Assembly: GCA_000146045.2 (NCBI GenBank)
Contig: BK006939.2
Span: forward strand, 320,001 to 384,000
Reading direction: 5' to 3'
From: TPA_inf: Saccharomyces
Lineage: Eukaryota
DNA length: 64,000 nucleotides
Position 1 is the first letter of the stretch; every line of letters begins with the position of its first letter. Below the pieces are notes generated by a model. That model was not told the origin of the DNA. It saw nothing but the letters and a program-made list of their open reading frames with translations, and made no database searches. This document shows, in pieces, positions 1-10,575 of the stretch. The position numbers and the translations under genes are program-made.

Positions 1-1846
1 TGTAGTAGGAGCTTCGAAAAGAGTGGGTGCAATTAAATGTATCACCGTCGCCGCCACCAAGAGATTTATCTCCAATAAGCCAAACGAAGTTTTTACCAAG
101 CTAACGAATGACAATGATCCAAAGAGAGATGCCTTTTTCAAATATACGTGGGGCTCATGGCTTAAAAATGATAAGCAAGAAAAGGAAAAAAGATTCACGA
201 AGTTTTCGATTGAAGGTTTAAATCGCATTCTCAATGACATCTACATTCAATCTAATGAAATGGCTAAGGCCCCCGACGGTAAGATCTTACCACCAGTGTT
301 TAACAAGAACTTGACCGTTTCATTGGTCAATAACGTTGTACCAAAGAATATAGGTAAAATCAACCCAAATGAAAAAGTTCAAGTAACCACATTATCTAGT
401 ATTCACGAAGGTAAACATCACAGAATATACAAGGTCGACACGAATTTGAACAAGGCATTTATCTTGAGGATTCCTTATCCGCTGGAAAATGAAAACACTC
501 TATCCTACAGAATAAGAAGTGAAGTAGCAACCATGGATTTTGCTGACTTGAAGTTGGGCATCAAAGTTCCCAAGATTTTTTGTTATGGTGTCAATTCTTT
601 GAACCCTGTAAGGCAGCCTTTTGTCTTACAAGAATTTATCGAAGGAGAACTCTTGATGAAAGATTGGGATCCATTGATTGAAGACGGTTCCTCCAATCAA
701 AAAAAATATGACAATGTTATTAAACAAGTTTCTGATTTTCAGTCGAAGTTAGTGTCATTGAAATTAAATGCATTTGGATCCATATATTTTAACAATGACT
801 TAAAAGACGGAAATGAGAAGGAGTTTGTTAAGGAAGACATATACGATGGGGAAACTAATCCGGATCTACAAAACAGATGGAAAATTGGGCCATCCGTGGA
901 AAGATGTCTCTGGAGACATAAATCTCACTTGGATTTTCATAAACAAATGAAACCTTTTTTGGGACCATGGCCAAAGAAGTCTCCAATGGATATAATTAAA
1001 AATACTGGCCTATTGGAAGCTGAAAATGCTAAAACTAGAATAGCCATGAAAGAGGCAGGAAGTTCAGCTGAATTGATGTATCCTCGAACTTTGAAGGAGC
1101 AAATAACTACCTATGAAAATTTAGCTAAGATTGCCCCGGATTTATTCAACGTCAAAACAAAGGCCATTCCAAATATGCAGGAACTATTGTCACCACGTTT
1201 GTTTCATCCTGATCTAGACCCCATGAATATTATTGTTAACAAAGAAGCACAAGAAGCCTATCTATTAGATTTTGAAGGAGCATGCACAAAACCTTTCATT
1301 TTACAGAATTCGCCACAATTCATCGCCTATGATGGGCCCAAGATTTATGACTTAAAGGAGGACATAACCGATTTTGACAAATTATCTGAGGCGGAAAAGG
1401 TGCAATATCAGTTCATGTACAAGCGCACCCGTAATCAACATCAATGGGAGAAAAAATTAAATGACAATAATCCTAAATTAATTACTGCAGTTGCCCCACC
1501 TGTTAAGCTACTGAGAAGCCCATATATTGCAGCTGTCGAAAGAAAAACGGAAGAAGAGTATTTACTTATTGATGAATCACTATTGCAATTGAAGGAAGTT
1601 TGGGACATCTTTGCCCAGAATGAGTTAGTGAATCAGAAAAAGTTTCCTCTAAACTATAGTAAAGAAGATATTGAAAGACATGTTGAGGATTTGCAAAAAT
1701 TACACGAAAAGCTAATCTCTACACCATTTGCTGCCACTCAAGGGTGGATTCCTCAAGATATGTTTGATCAACTATTAAATTCCGGCAGTATTGTTAAGCA
1801 AGAGAACGGAGACTACACCGTGAAGCAACCTGAAGCTACCAAATAA
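1..1846 (+). CDS. AIM9: AIM9/FMP29, mitochondrial kinase-like protein (aminoglycoside phosphotransferase fold). The 5' end lies before the window, so the N-terminus is missing.
   Basis: ORF 23..1846 (607 aa) stays open upstream to position 2 with no stop. The protein has kinase-like motifs and sits immediately upstream of SER3, as YER080W does. Confidence 0.8.
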   Translation, partial: VVGASKRVGAIKCITVAATKRFISNKPNEVFTKLTNDNDPKRDAFFKYTWGSWLKNDKQEKEKRFTKFSIEGLNRILNDIYIQSNEMAKAPDGKILPPVFNKNLTVSLVNNVVPKNIGKINPNEKVQVTTLSSIHEGKHHRIYKVDTNLNKAFILRIPYPLENENTLSYRIRSEVATMDFADLKLGIKVPKIFCYGVNSLNPVRQPFVLQEFIEGELLMKDWDPLIEDGSSNQKKYDNVIKQVSDFQSKLVSLKLNAFGSIYFNNDLKDGNEKEFVKEDIYDGETNPDLQNRWKIGPSVERCLWRHKSHLDFHKQMKPFLGPWPKKSPMDIIKNTGLLEAENAKTRIAMKEAGSSAELMYPRTLKEQITTYENLAKIAPDLFNVKTKAIPNMQELLSPRLFHPDLDPMNIIVNKEAQEAYLLDFEGACTKPFILQNSPQFIAYDGPKIYDLKEDITDFDKLSEAEKVQYQFMYKRTRNQHQWEKKLNDNNPKLITAVAPPVKLLRSPYIAAVERKTEEEYLLIDESLLQLKEVWDIFAQNELVNQKKFPLNYSKEDIERHVEDLQKLHEKLISTPFAATQGWIPQDMFDQLLNSGSIVKQENGDYTVKQPEATK

Positions 1847-2125
1847 TCTATACTAAAAATGAAATATTTTTTTGTTTTCTTTACCTCATTCAACTGTATA
1901 GAACGTTATAACAAAATAATCAAGTTAAAACCCTTTTTTGTACACAATGGAATCTCTTCCATTTACTAATCAACTTAACAATGCTGGATTGGATATATTG
2001 ATAACGTTTTAAAAAGCGTTGCGTGATGTTTGGGTGCAATTGGCGGAAAAGCGGAACTTTCAAATTTACGATAGGTGGAGATACATCTCCACCTTTCTCC
2101 CCATTATCTTTGAATTTTCCTCAAA

Positions 2126-2133
2126 TATATAAA
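2126..2133 (+). promoter_or_regulatory. TATATAAA, candidate TATA box for the SRG1 ncRNA transcribed across the SER3 promoter
   Basis: Lies about 560 bp upstream of the SER3 ATG, consistent with the known SRG1-SER3 tandem arrangement. Confidence 0.4.
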
Positions 2134-2212
2134 GAGAACAACAAATCCATAGAAATGCCATTGTTTAATCCTGATTATCTACATTGTTTTAGTTTTTTAC
2201 TCACAATCGAGT

Positions 2213-2763
2213 AATGCCTTTGTTTGGCCAAGCTATGTGCAAATATCACAAATTAAAAATTTGGTTAAGCAGTTAGGCTGGACCTAATATTTTAGAAAAA
2301 CCTAATTTTTTTTGTGGACCCATTTTCGATATTTACTCACAAATGGAATTCAAGGGGAACAACTTCGGTCTCAGCACTTTAATTATTCTTCTCGTTCCCA
2401 CCTAATTTCGCAATTTATTGTCCTTGACTTCTACCACGAGAAAAAAATTAAGAAAATGCAACGCTGCCCGTGCAGGGTTTTCTGAGCGGGATGAAAAAAT
2501 CAGACAAATATCCAAGTTATGAGTAATTACTTTGTTGGAAGGAGGGAGCAGAGGATAAGGAAATTCTTAAAACTGTTATGTATATAAAGGAAGAACCATT
2601 TCTAGTTATTTCACTTTTTGATACTTGTCAACTATCTTAGTAAAAATACAGAACTCTATAAAGAACCACAGAAAAATCGACAGCAATGACAAGCATTGAC
2701 ATTAACAACTTACAAAATACCTTTCAACAAGCTATGAATATGAGCGGCTCCCCAGGCGCTGTT
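2213..2763 (+). ncRNA. SRG1: SRG1, the regulatory ncRNA whose transcription through the SER3 promoter represses SER3. Boundaries are approximate.
   Basis: The position relative to SER3 and the upstream TATA match the published SRG1 locus. No ORF lies in the interval except a 63-aa spurious one. Confidence 0.45.
2581..2588 (+). promoter_or_regulatory. TATATAAA, the SER3 core promoter TATA about 100 bp upstream of the ATG
   Basis: Sequence motif tatataaagg at 2581. Confidence 0.5.
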
Positions 2764-4095
2764 TGTACTTCACCTACGCAATCTTTCATGAATACCGTTC
2801 CACAGCGCTTGAATGCTGTAAAGCACCCAAAAATTTTGAAGCCTTTCTCAACGGGTGATATGAAGATTTTACTATTAGAAAACGTTAATCAAACTGCTAT
2901 TACAATCTTCGAAGAGCAAGGTTACCAAGTCGAATTCTATAAATCTTCATTGCCCGAGGAAGAGTTGATCGAAAAGATCAAGGACGTTCATGCTATTGGT
3001 ATCAGATCAAAGACTAGATTAACTTCAAATGTCTTACAACATGCGAAGAATCTGGTTTGTATTGGTTGTTTCTGTATCGGTACCAACCAAGTTGACTTAG
3101 ACTACGCTACCAGCAGAGGTATTGCTGTTTTCAACTCGCCTTTCTCCAACTCAAGATCAGTAGCAGAATTGGTCATCGCTGAAATCATTAGTTTAGCAAG
3201 ACAACTAGGTGATAGATCTATCGAATTACATACCGGTACATGGAATAAGGTTGCTGCTAGATGTTGGGAGGTAAGAGGAAAAACTCTTGGTATTATTGGG
3301 TACGGTCACATTGGTTCCCAATTATCAGTTCTTGCAGAAGCTATGGGTTTGCATGTGTTGTACTACGATATTGTAACTATCATGGCCTTGGGTACTGCCA
3401 GACAAGTTTCTACATTAGATGAATTGTTGAATAAATCTGATTTTGTGACACTACATGTACCAGCTACTCCTGAAACTGAAAAAATGTTATCTGCCCCACA
3501 ATTTGCTGCTATGAAGGATGGCGCTTATGTTATTAATGCTTCAAGAGGTACTGTCGTGGACATTCCATCTTTGATCCAAGCCGTGAAAGCCAACAAAATT
3601 GCAGGTGCTGCTTTGGATGTTTATCCACATGAACCAGCTAAGAACGGTGAAGGTTCATTTAACGATGAGCTAAATAGCTGGACTTCTGAATTAGTTTCAT
3701 TACCAAATATCATCTTGACACCACACATTGGTGGCTCTACCGAAGAAGCCCAAAGCTCAATCGGTATTGAAGTGGCTACCGCATTGTCCAAATACATCAA
3801 TGAAGGTAACTCTGTCGGTTCAGTCAACTTCCCAGAAGTGGCATTGAAATCATTGTCTTACGACCAAGAGAACACTGTGCGTGTGTTATACATTCACCAA
3901 AATGTACCAGGTGTTTTGAAGACCGTCAATGATATTTTATCGAACCATAACATCGAAAAGCAATTTTCCGATTCAAATGGTGAAATTGCTTATTTAATGG
4001 CTGATATCTCTTCTGTTGACCAAAGCGATATTAAAGATATTTATGAACAACTAAATCAAACCTCTGCTAAGATCTCAATTAGATTGCTATATTAA
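2686..4095 (+). CDS. SER3: D-3-phosphoglycerate dehydrogenase, 469 aa
   Basis: Full-length ORF with an NAD-binding GxGxxG motif (GIIGYGHIG) and a 2-hydroxyacid dehydrogenase catalytic domain. The neighbouring genes place it as SER3 rather than its paralogue SER33. Confidence 0.93.
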   Translation: MTSIDINNLQNTFQQAMNMSGSPGAVCTSPTQSFMNTVPQRLNAVKHPKILKPFSTGDMKILLLENVNQTAITIFEEQGYQVEFYKSSLPEEELIEKIKDVHAIGIRSKTRLTSNVLQHAKNLVCIGCFCIGTNQVDLDYATSRGIAVFNSPFSNSRSVAELVIAEIISLARQLGDRSIELHTGTWNKVAARCWEVRGKTLGIIGYGHIGSQLSVLAEAMGLHVLYYDIVTIMALGTARQVSTLDELLNKSDFVTLHVPATPETEKMLSAPQFAAMKDGAYVINASRGTVVDIPSLIQAVKANKIAGAALDVYPHEPAKNGEGSFNDELNSWTSELVSLPNIILTPHIGGSTEEAQSSIGIEVATALSKYINEGNSVGSVNFPEVALKSLSYDQENTVRVLYIHQNVPGVLKTVNDILSNHNIEKQFSDSNGEIAYLMADISSVDQSDIKDIYEQLNQTSAKISIRLLY

Positions 4096-4271
4096 TATGC
4101 AATCGATTCTCATACTGTCAACTTTTTGAACATGATTAAAAGTTTCCTATAAAATATTAAAAAGAACCAAAAAAAAAATGGATAGAAGAATGCTTGAGGC
4201 AATAATAATGATTATCTATTTTATATATACATACATAATCATTTAAGTTTTTTTTTTAAAGATATTTCGAT

Positions 4272-5936
4272 TTAGCCGAATCTGCTCAATGCCTCTTCGA
4301 TGACATCCTTGTGGTCTTCTGAAATTAGGCCTTGTTTGATTTGGTGGTTTCTTTTACGAATATTTTTCTCCTTATCCAGTTGTTTCTGTACTCTTAATTT
4401 TCTTTCATCAATAACGTTTTGAGTCTTTTTACGCAAAAAGGAACGCAAACCCGAATTCTTACCTTTCACATCAGGTTTTACATCTGGAATGTCGCTGTTG
4501 GTTTTGGCTTTATTATTAGCATCCATTGTAGTTTGCGCCAAATCCTTAGCGTTTAACCTTATGGTAGAAGACCTTTTATCCACTGAACCGATGGAATTCG
4601 GATCTAAAGTAATTGTATCTGCTGGCAGTTTGTTCAATAGGGTTCTGACTTCCTGTTCCTGTCTTTGTTTTTTGGTTTCGAATGGGTTTAATTCTAAGGC
4701 ATCGTAATTGGCTTCACCTGCACCAGGTACAATCAAATTCGTAATACCCGTTTGATGGCCTACACCTAGTAAATCTTCAAATGGTACGAATCCCAAATTT
4801 TCTACTTTGTTTCCGGCAAACAAATGTGACATGTAAGGGGTGTTTCTATGTGGGTTCCCTCCCATGGACCCGAAGCACGGTTTACTGTCTCCACTTAATT
4901 TTAAAGCGTCCTTCCACAACGTAACGTGAGGGCCCCTAGATAATGCCAATAGACCAGTATCTGAAATGGAAACGTTTGTTCCTGGCGTCGGTAAGCTTTC
5001 CACAGAATGTAGTTGCTTGAAGTTTCTGATATCCCAAATTTTCATCGACCTATCAGCCCCTGTGGTTGCCATGTAATACCCGCTTCTATCGATAGCAATG
5101 CTGTTCACTGGTCCTCTGGCAGAAAGTAATTTTACTAATGGTTCAGGCATGGATGGTGACCAGAGGGATACTGTACCGTTTGAATGACCTAGATGCATCA
5201 CAGCATTCCATGGGTTTTGTGCCATTGCCATAGTTGGCCCAGCTTTGGTCCTCAATTCCGAGACCAACTGGCCAGTGGAAACATCGTGGTACTTCAACCA
5301 ACCTGTCTCACCGGCAGTTACGAGCAGGTAATGATATGGTAGAAAATCTAAATGTCTTGCCTCAATATGTTGTTTCAAACGATGTAATTCTGTACCTTCG
5401 TGATCATAAATAAATGTATATTTTTTTTGCGCTACAGCAAAGTATTGTTCGTTTTGCAAATATGTCGCTGAGTGACAGGTTTCATTCAAAAACAGCTCAG
5501 CACGAAGTTGTCCCTTTCTCCAGTCCATAGATGCTACGTGACCTTTGCGGCCAGTAATCAAAAGATGCGTACCGTTTTTTGCATATTTTATATGATAAGG
5601 GCCGAATTCCTTCAAAGATAAATCCAAAGCTTTGTTTGCAGTACTGACATCCACACTCGATTTGATTTCCGATTGTTGCACTTTGAAAGTCTTTTCTAGC
5701 TCATTCTCAGGTTCCAAATAACCATTGGACTCGGGTAAAAGGTAATCTGTTGCCGCAGCAGAAGATACCGCCTTTTTATATTGCTCGTCTATTTTTTTCA
5801 AGCCTGCTCTTAGTTTTTTATCCTTTGTTTGAGTATGATTATTTTTAGCATTATTAGTATATGTGGAACGTTCAAATTTATTCTGGTTTTCTCTTTCTTT
5901 TATCTGGCGTCTGTGACCGTTCTTCTTGTGACCCAT
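4272..5936 (-). CDS. UTP7: UTP7/KRE31, a WD40 SSU-processome protein, 554 aa
   Basis: 554-aa ORF with WD repeats and a basic N-terminus. A PAC plus RRPE pair lies in its promoter. Confidence 0.9.
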   Translation of the reverse strand: MGHKKNGHRRQIKERENQNKFERSTYTNNAKNNHTQTKDKKLRAGLKKIDEQYKKAVSSAAATDYLLPESNGYLEPENELEKTFKVQQSEIKSSVDVSTANKALDLSLKEFGPYHIKYAKNGTHLLITGRKGHVASMDWRKGQLRAELFLNETCHSATYLQNEQYFAVAQKKYTFIYDHEGTELHRLKQHIEARHLDFLPYHYLLVTAGETGWLKYHDVSTGQLVSELRTKAGPTMAMAQNPWNAVMHLGHSNGTVSLWSPSMPEPLVKLLSARGPVNSIAIDRSGYYMATTGADRSMKIWDIRNFKQLHSVESLPTPGTNVSISDTGLLALSRGPHVTLWKDALKLSGDSKPCFGSMGGNPHRNTPYMSHLFAGNKVENLGFVPFEDLLGVGHQTGITNLIVPGAGEANYDALELNPFETKKQRQEQEVRTLLNKLPADTITLDPNSIGSVDKRSSTIRLNAKDLAQTTMDANNKAKTNSDIPDVKPDVKGKNSGLRSFLRKKTQNVIDERKLRVQKQLDKEKNIRKRNHQIKQGLISEDHKDVIEEALSRFG

Positions 5937-6055
5937 TGTGTCGTTGGAATCTGGTTCAGTTTCTTAAAGCTAGGATACTGAGTTTTTAATGCTATATATG
6001 GATTTTTTTTTACTATTGAACTCCAATTCAGTTCTATACATCGATTTTTCACGAA

Positions 6056-6076
6056 CTCATCGCTTAGAAAATTTTC
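6056..6076 (+). promoter_or_regulatory. PAC (CTCATCGC) followed by RRPE (GAAAATTTTC), the ribosome-biogenesis promoter signature, about 120 bp upstream of UTP7
   Basis: Exact motif matches at 6056..6063 and 6067..6076. Confidence 0.55.
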
Positions 6077-6173
6077 TTACCGTTTTTCTTTTTTTTTCAA
6101 TTACCTGAAAAGAAAGCCGGGAATAATGTCGGGTTATGAGAACAATGTATTATATTACTGAACTATCTAGAAT

Positions 6174-7031
6174 TTATAAGTACGTCAATAAGCCTAAGAC
6201 AATTAGCACAAACGAAATGTCAGTGATTAGCATGGACAATAGATCCCAGTATTGCAAAAGGGTAATTAGCTTCCCCTTCAGGTTGGCGACGGGAATTACT
6301 CCCTCGGGCACCAGTGAAACTAACTTGACAAGTTTATTGGTATCTTGTAAATTTTTAATCTTGCTCTTGTGTTCCACATTCTTCAATAGCTGGTAGTAGA
6401 TGGATATGGAAAGGAACTCAAACGTGGCAAAAATTCTAGTGAAATTCGATGGGTTCCGCAAAGGTGCAAACCAAGCTGATTGAGTAAATGCATAGGCCGG
6501 CCACACAGAGGAATTTGGTCTTGTGATTAGGTATAGATAGGGTAGTAGGAAAAAGACCCACTTCACAAGAATGGTCCAGGCTTTCAGTCTGTTCAGCAAG
6601 TAATCATGGTAGTCCAAAGCAGCTTGATTGATCGGGGCTGCAGGAGCCGCTTGACCAAACGATGGTGTACCCTCTGCACTGGGCATGCCAGTGTTCATAG
6701 AACTTAGTAGTGAGAGTAGATCGGGCGTAGAGGAGTCCTGAGGGGTACTTTTACCCGTACCTTGGCCTTGCATGGCAGCGAGCTGTTTCAATAGGTCCAA
6801 TTGGGGCGCTACGTTGCTATCTTCTTTGATATCTGGAGTAGCCGAATGCACACTCGCAGGTGGTGTGGTCTTTGCAGCGCTAGGAGCGTCTAAAGGTGAT
6901 TCTGCGTTCAAATGACTGCTTGCCTGCCCGGTGATTTTATTAAGCCTGGAGCTGGCACCTCCATTGCTAAACTTCTTCTGTCTCCTTTCCCTTAGTAACC
7001 TGCGCTTTTCCGCCTCTGTTAATTCAGACAT
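6174..7031 (-). CDS. GET2: GET2/RMD7, the GET-complex membrane receptor, 285 aa
   Basis: The ORF-track 307-aa ORF begins 22 codons upstream of the true start. The recognised protein begins MSELTEAEKRRLLRERRQKKF, with C-terminal TM segments. Confidence 0.85.
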   Translation of the reverse strand: MSELTEAEKRRLLRERRQKKFSNGGASSRLNKITGQASSHLNAESPLDAPSAAKTTPPASVHSATPDIKEDSNVAPQLDLLKQLAAMQGQGTGKSTPQDSSTPDLLSLLSSMNTGMPSAEGTPSFGQAAPAAPINQAALDYHDYLLNRLKAWTILVKWVFFLLPYLYLITRPNSSVWPAYAFTQSAWFAPLRNPSNFTRIFATFEFLSISIYYQLLKNVEHKSKIKNLQDTNKLVKLVSLVPEGVIPVANLKGKLITLLQYWDLLSMLITDISFVLIVLGLLTYL

Positions 7032-7064
7032 ATTTCCTAGAGCTACGTTGCTGATGCTACAAAC

Positions 7065-7451
7065 ATGGAAGAGCTCATTTGTACATATCCATATCATTCA
7101 AATCTTTTCATGTTCCTATTCTTGTTCTTTTGTCCCAGCAAACGCGCACGGCGGGGTCACCCCAAATTTTTATTTACCTTATGTTATAAGAGCAACCATC
7201 TCATCCCCAAACTTCTCCCTCCCTCCCTTTTCACAAAGAGAGTAATGCTCAACCCAAGTAGCCATCCGCCTTCCCCGGATTTTCCCACAGGATCTTCTGC
7301 AAGTCCTAGGGTCAAACTGAGACCATCCACGTTGTGGGCACCACCACTCACAGTATCCTCTGACTTTGCGGCTTCCAGTAGTTCTACTGCCCCTGTCACC
7401 GTCACAGATAAACCTGTCACACCCGCTGTATCAAAGCGGTATCAACCTTAA
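7065..7451 (+). CDS. Small ORF of 128 aa, an uncharacterised protein corresponding to YER084W
   Basis: Intergenic ORF with low-complexity protein, placed by position only. Confidence 0.3.
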   Translation: MEELICTYPYHSNLFMFLFLFFCPSKRARRGHPKFLFTLCYKSNHLIPKLLPPSLFTKRVMLNPSSHPPSPDFPTGSSASPRVKLRPSTLWAPPLTVSSDFAASSSSTAPVTVTDKPVTPAVSKRYQP

Positions 7452-7618
7452 CTCAGATTTTCAAGAAACAGAATAGCACATTCTCTAACATCAAGTTATC
7501 ATACCAATATATAACACAAATTATGCATAAATAGATAAGTAATATGTCCCTCTGCCCCTGCCTTTCCCTTTCCAGATGCTGGCATCGAAAGTAAGGCATG
7601 TATTTGTATGTAAGTTTT

Positions 7619-8140
7619 TTAATTAATAGTCTTCTTCTTTCTTATCAGTCGTGCTCTTCTTTCCAAATTAATAGGTTTGAATCTTATCGGAATCACCTGG
7701 AATTCGTTCTCATTACATGGCCGCCCACCATGCACCTTTACATTTCGTATTTCTTTCCTCTCTGCGCTATATCTTTGGGAAAGATTTGCAATCAAGGCAA
7801 ACACCCGCTTGTCCCCTTTCAATTCTTGTGTTATTTCAAAAACCATCCTTTCATAATATATTTGTATTTCTTTCGCCCTGGACTCTACCAGTTCATATTT
7901 AGAACCTTCCACATATCGTCCAATTCTGCAGCCCACATCTTTTTCCACCACGATACGGGAAACAGAATGGGTCCTTGGATTCTCGCTAAACAGTCTCTCT
8001 ATTCCCCTGTTCAAAACCCTCAAGATATTTGTTTCCCGCAACAGCTGCAATTGCAATTGATCAATCCTATGCGAAAATGCCGAGTTTATGTTATTCAAGA
8101 CGCATTTTAAAAAATTCACTAGCGGCTCCTTGAAATTCAT
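7619..8140 (-). CDS. Uncharacterised ORF of about 173 aa corresponding to YER085C
   Basis: The 186-aa ORF-track product has an internal Met start ([10 protein letters not shown]...) that gives the annotated length. No recognisable domain. Confidence 0.4.
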
Positions 8141-8343
8141 TATGTCTGATGAATATGAAAACCTTTTCCTGACTACCAAGACTCTTTAACTCTTCTCTCT
8201 TTATTGCATATTATCTCTGCTATTTTGTGACGTTCAATTTTAATTGACGCGAAAAAGAAAAAATAAGAAGGGCAAAAAGAAAAAGCGCAGCGGGTAGCAA
8301 ATTTGGAATCGCATAAAAAGAAAAAAAAAATATCAAAGAAAAA

Positions 8344-8349
8344 GAGTCA
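8344..8349 (-). promoter_or_regulatory. Gcn4 site (TGACTC on the minus strand) in an A-rich nucleosome-free tract about 130 bp upstream of ILV1
   Basis: gagtca at 8344..8349 inside a long poly(dA) stretch at 8262..8340. Confidence 0.4.
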
Positions 8350-8476
8350 TCTCAAACATATGTCTGCAGATACTTCATTATCAGCTTTGAAAACTTTTGT
8401 TGTTGCTGCTTTGAGTTCTTTCTTGTGTGAGTGCTACAAGCCACATTTAAACTAAGTCAATTACACAAAGTTAGTG

Positions 8477-10207
8477 ATGTCAGCTACTCTACTAAAGCAA
8501 CCATTATGTACGGTTGTTCGGCAAGGTAAACAGTCCAAAGTGTCTGGATTGAACCTTTTGAGACTAAAGGCTCATTTGCACAGACAACACCTGTCACCTT
8601 CCTTGATAAAACTACACTCTGAATTGAAATTGGATGAGCTGCAAACTGATAACACCCCTGATTACGTCCGTTTAGTTTTAAGGTCCTCTGTATACGATGT
8701 TATTAATGAATCTCCAATCTCTCAAGGTGTAGGTTTGTCTTCCCGTCTAAACACGAATGTCATCTTGAAAAGAGAAGATCTATTGCCTGTTTTCTCTTTC
8801 AAGCTTCGTGGTGCCTATAACATGATTGCCAAGTTGGACGATTCTCAAAGAAACCAGGGTGTTATTGCCTGTTCAGCTGGGAATCATGCCCAAGGTGTGG
8901 CCTTTGCTGCTAAACACTTGAAAATACCTGCTACTATCGTTATGCCTGTTTGTACACCATCTATTAAGTATCAAAATGTCTCGAGATTAGGGTCTCAAGT
9001 CGTCCTATATGGTAACGATTTTGACGAGGCTAAGGCTGAATGTGCCAAATTGGCTGAAGAGCGTGGCTTGACGAACATTCCTCCTTTCGATCATCCTTAT
9101 GTCATTGCCGGTCAAGGTACTGTAGCTATGGAAATCCTAAGACAAGTACGTACCGCTAATAAGATCGGTGCTGTCTTTGTTCCCGTCGGCGGTGGTGGTT
9201 TAATTGCTGGTATTGGTGCTTATTTGAAAAGGGTTGCTCCTCATATCAAAATCATTGGTGTTGAAACTTACGATGCGGCCACTTTACATAATTCCTTGCA
9301 ACGCAACCAGAGAACTCCTTTACCTGTGGTGGGTACTTTTGCCGATGGTACGTCTGTGCGTATGATTGGTGAAGAAACATTTAGAGTCGCCCAACAAGTG
9401 GTTGATGAAGTTGTTCTTGTTAACACTGACGAAATCTGTGCTGCAGTAAAGGATATTTTTGAAGATACTAGAAGTATTGTAGAACCATCTGGTGCCCTTT
9501 CAGTAGCCGGTATGAAGAAATACATCTCTACCGTACATCCAGAAATTGACCACACTAAAAACACCTATGTTCCCATCCTTTCTGGTGCTAACATGAACTT
9601 TGATAGATTAAGATTTGTTTCCGAACGTGCTGTTCTTGGTGAAGGAAAGGAAGTCTTCATGTTAGTTACTTTACCCGACGTCCCTGGTGCGTTCAAGAAA
9701 ATGCAAAAGATCATCCACCCAAGATCTGTCACTGAATTCTCTTACCGTTACAATGAACATCGTCATGAGTCCTCTAGTGAAGTGCCCAAGGCTTACATTT
9801 ACACTTCTTTCAGCGTCGTTGACAGAGAAAAGGAAATCAAGCAAGTTATGCAACAGTTGAATGCTTTAGGTTTTGAAGCTGTGGATATCTCCGATAACGA
9901 ATTGGCTAAATCTCATGGTAGATACTTGGTTGGTGGTGCTTCTAAGGTTCCTAATGAAAGAATTATTTCATTTGAATTCCCTGAAAGACCAGGTGCCTTG
10001 ACTAGGTTCCTTGGAGGCCTAAGCGATTCTTGGAATCTTACTTTATTCCATTATAGAAACCATGGTGCCGATATCGGTAAGGTTTTAGCTGGTATTTCCG
10101 TTCCTCCAAGGGAAAACTTAACCTTCCAAAAATTCTTGGAAGATTTAGGCTACACTTATCATGATGAAACTGATAACACTGTTTATCAAAAATTCTTGAA
10201 ATATTAA
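8477..10207 (+). CDS. ILV1: Threonine deaminase (PLP-dependent threonine dehydratase), 576 aa. An alternative ATG lies 3 nt upstream at 8474.
   Basis: PLP-binding lysine motif (SFKLRGA) and two C-terminal regulatory ACT-like domains. Mitochondrial presequence present. Confidence 0.95.
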
Positions 10208-10575
10208 AACCGACAATTTACTTTATAAATTTACGCAACAACTTGTTAGGTAAAATGAACGTCGTCATAATTTAAATACTAGACAGCGCGTGTATGTTAC
10301 TCATATTTATACTCATATCATGTGAACCTATAAACCAATTCAATACAAGATTTACAGTTCTCTTGTTTTCTTCTTCCAGTTTTCCCCTTTTATTTCCTGT
10401 AGAATAAACTTAAACAGTGATCATTAATTTATAATTTTCTGCTTTGTAAATACGGCGGTAATGGATGAACAAATGAAAACAAGGTTTGAAACATAGACGT
10501 AAGGATTTTATACTCCTTTCAAAACCACTAATTGACCAACGCCTTTTTTTGAAGATTGACTTCTTCCACATAGCC

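Noticed and set aside
3621-3827. Antisense or overlapping small ORFs inside known genes (for example 3621..3827 in SER3, 9268..9564 in ILV1, 13189..13713 and 14077..14337 in DOT6, 20080..21415 in MET6, many in TSC11, NUP157 and KAP123)
   Set aside because: They lie within and antisense, or out of frame, to strongly supported CDSs. They are short, lack start context and show no recognisable domains, as expected from chance in 64 kb.
6174-7097. N-terminal extensions of ORF-track ORFs (GET2 by 22 aa, AIM10 by 30 aa, DOT6 by 61 aa, TRP2 by 6 aa, TSC11 by 4 aa, PRS2 by 2 aa, MAM1 by 6 aa, NUP157 by 1 aa, ILV1 by 1 aa, YER085C by 13 aa)
   Set aside because: These are longest-ORF artefacts. The recognised proteins start at downstream ATGs, and the extensions are low-complexity or hydrophobic junk without conservation.
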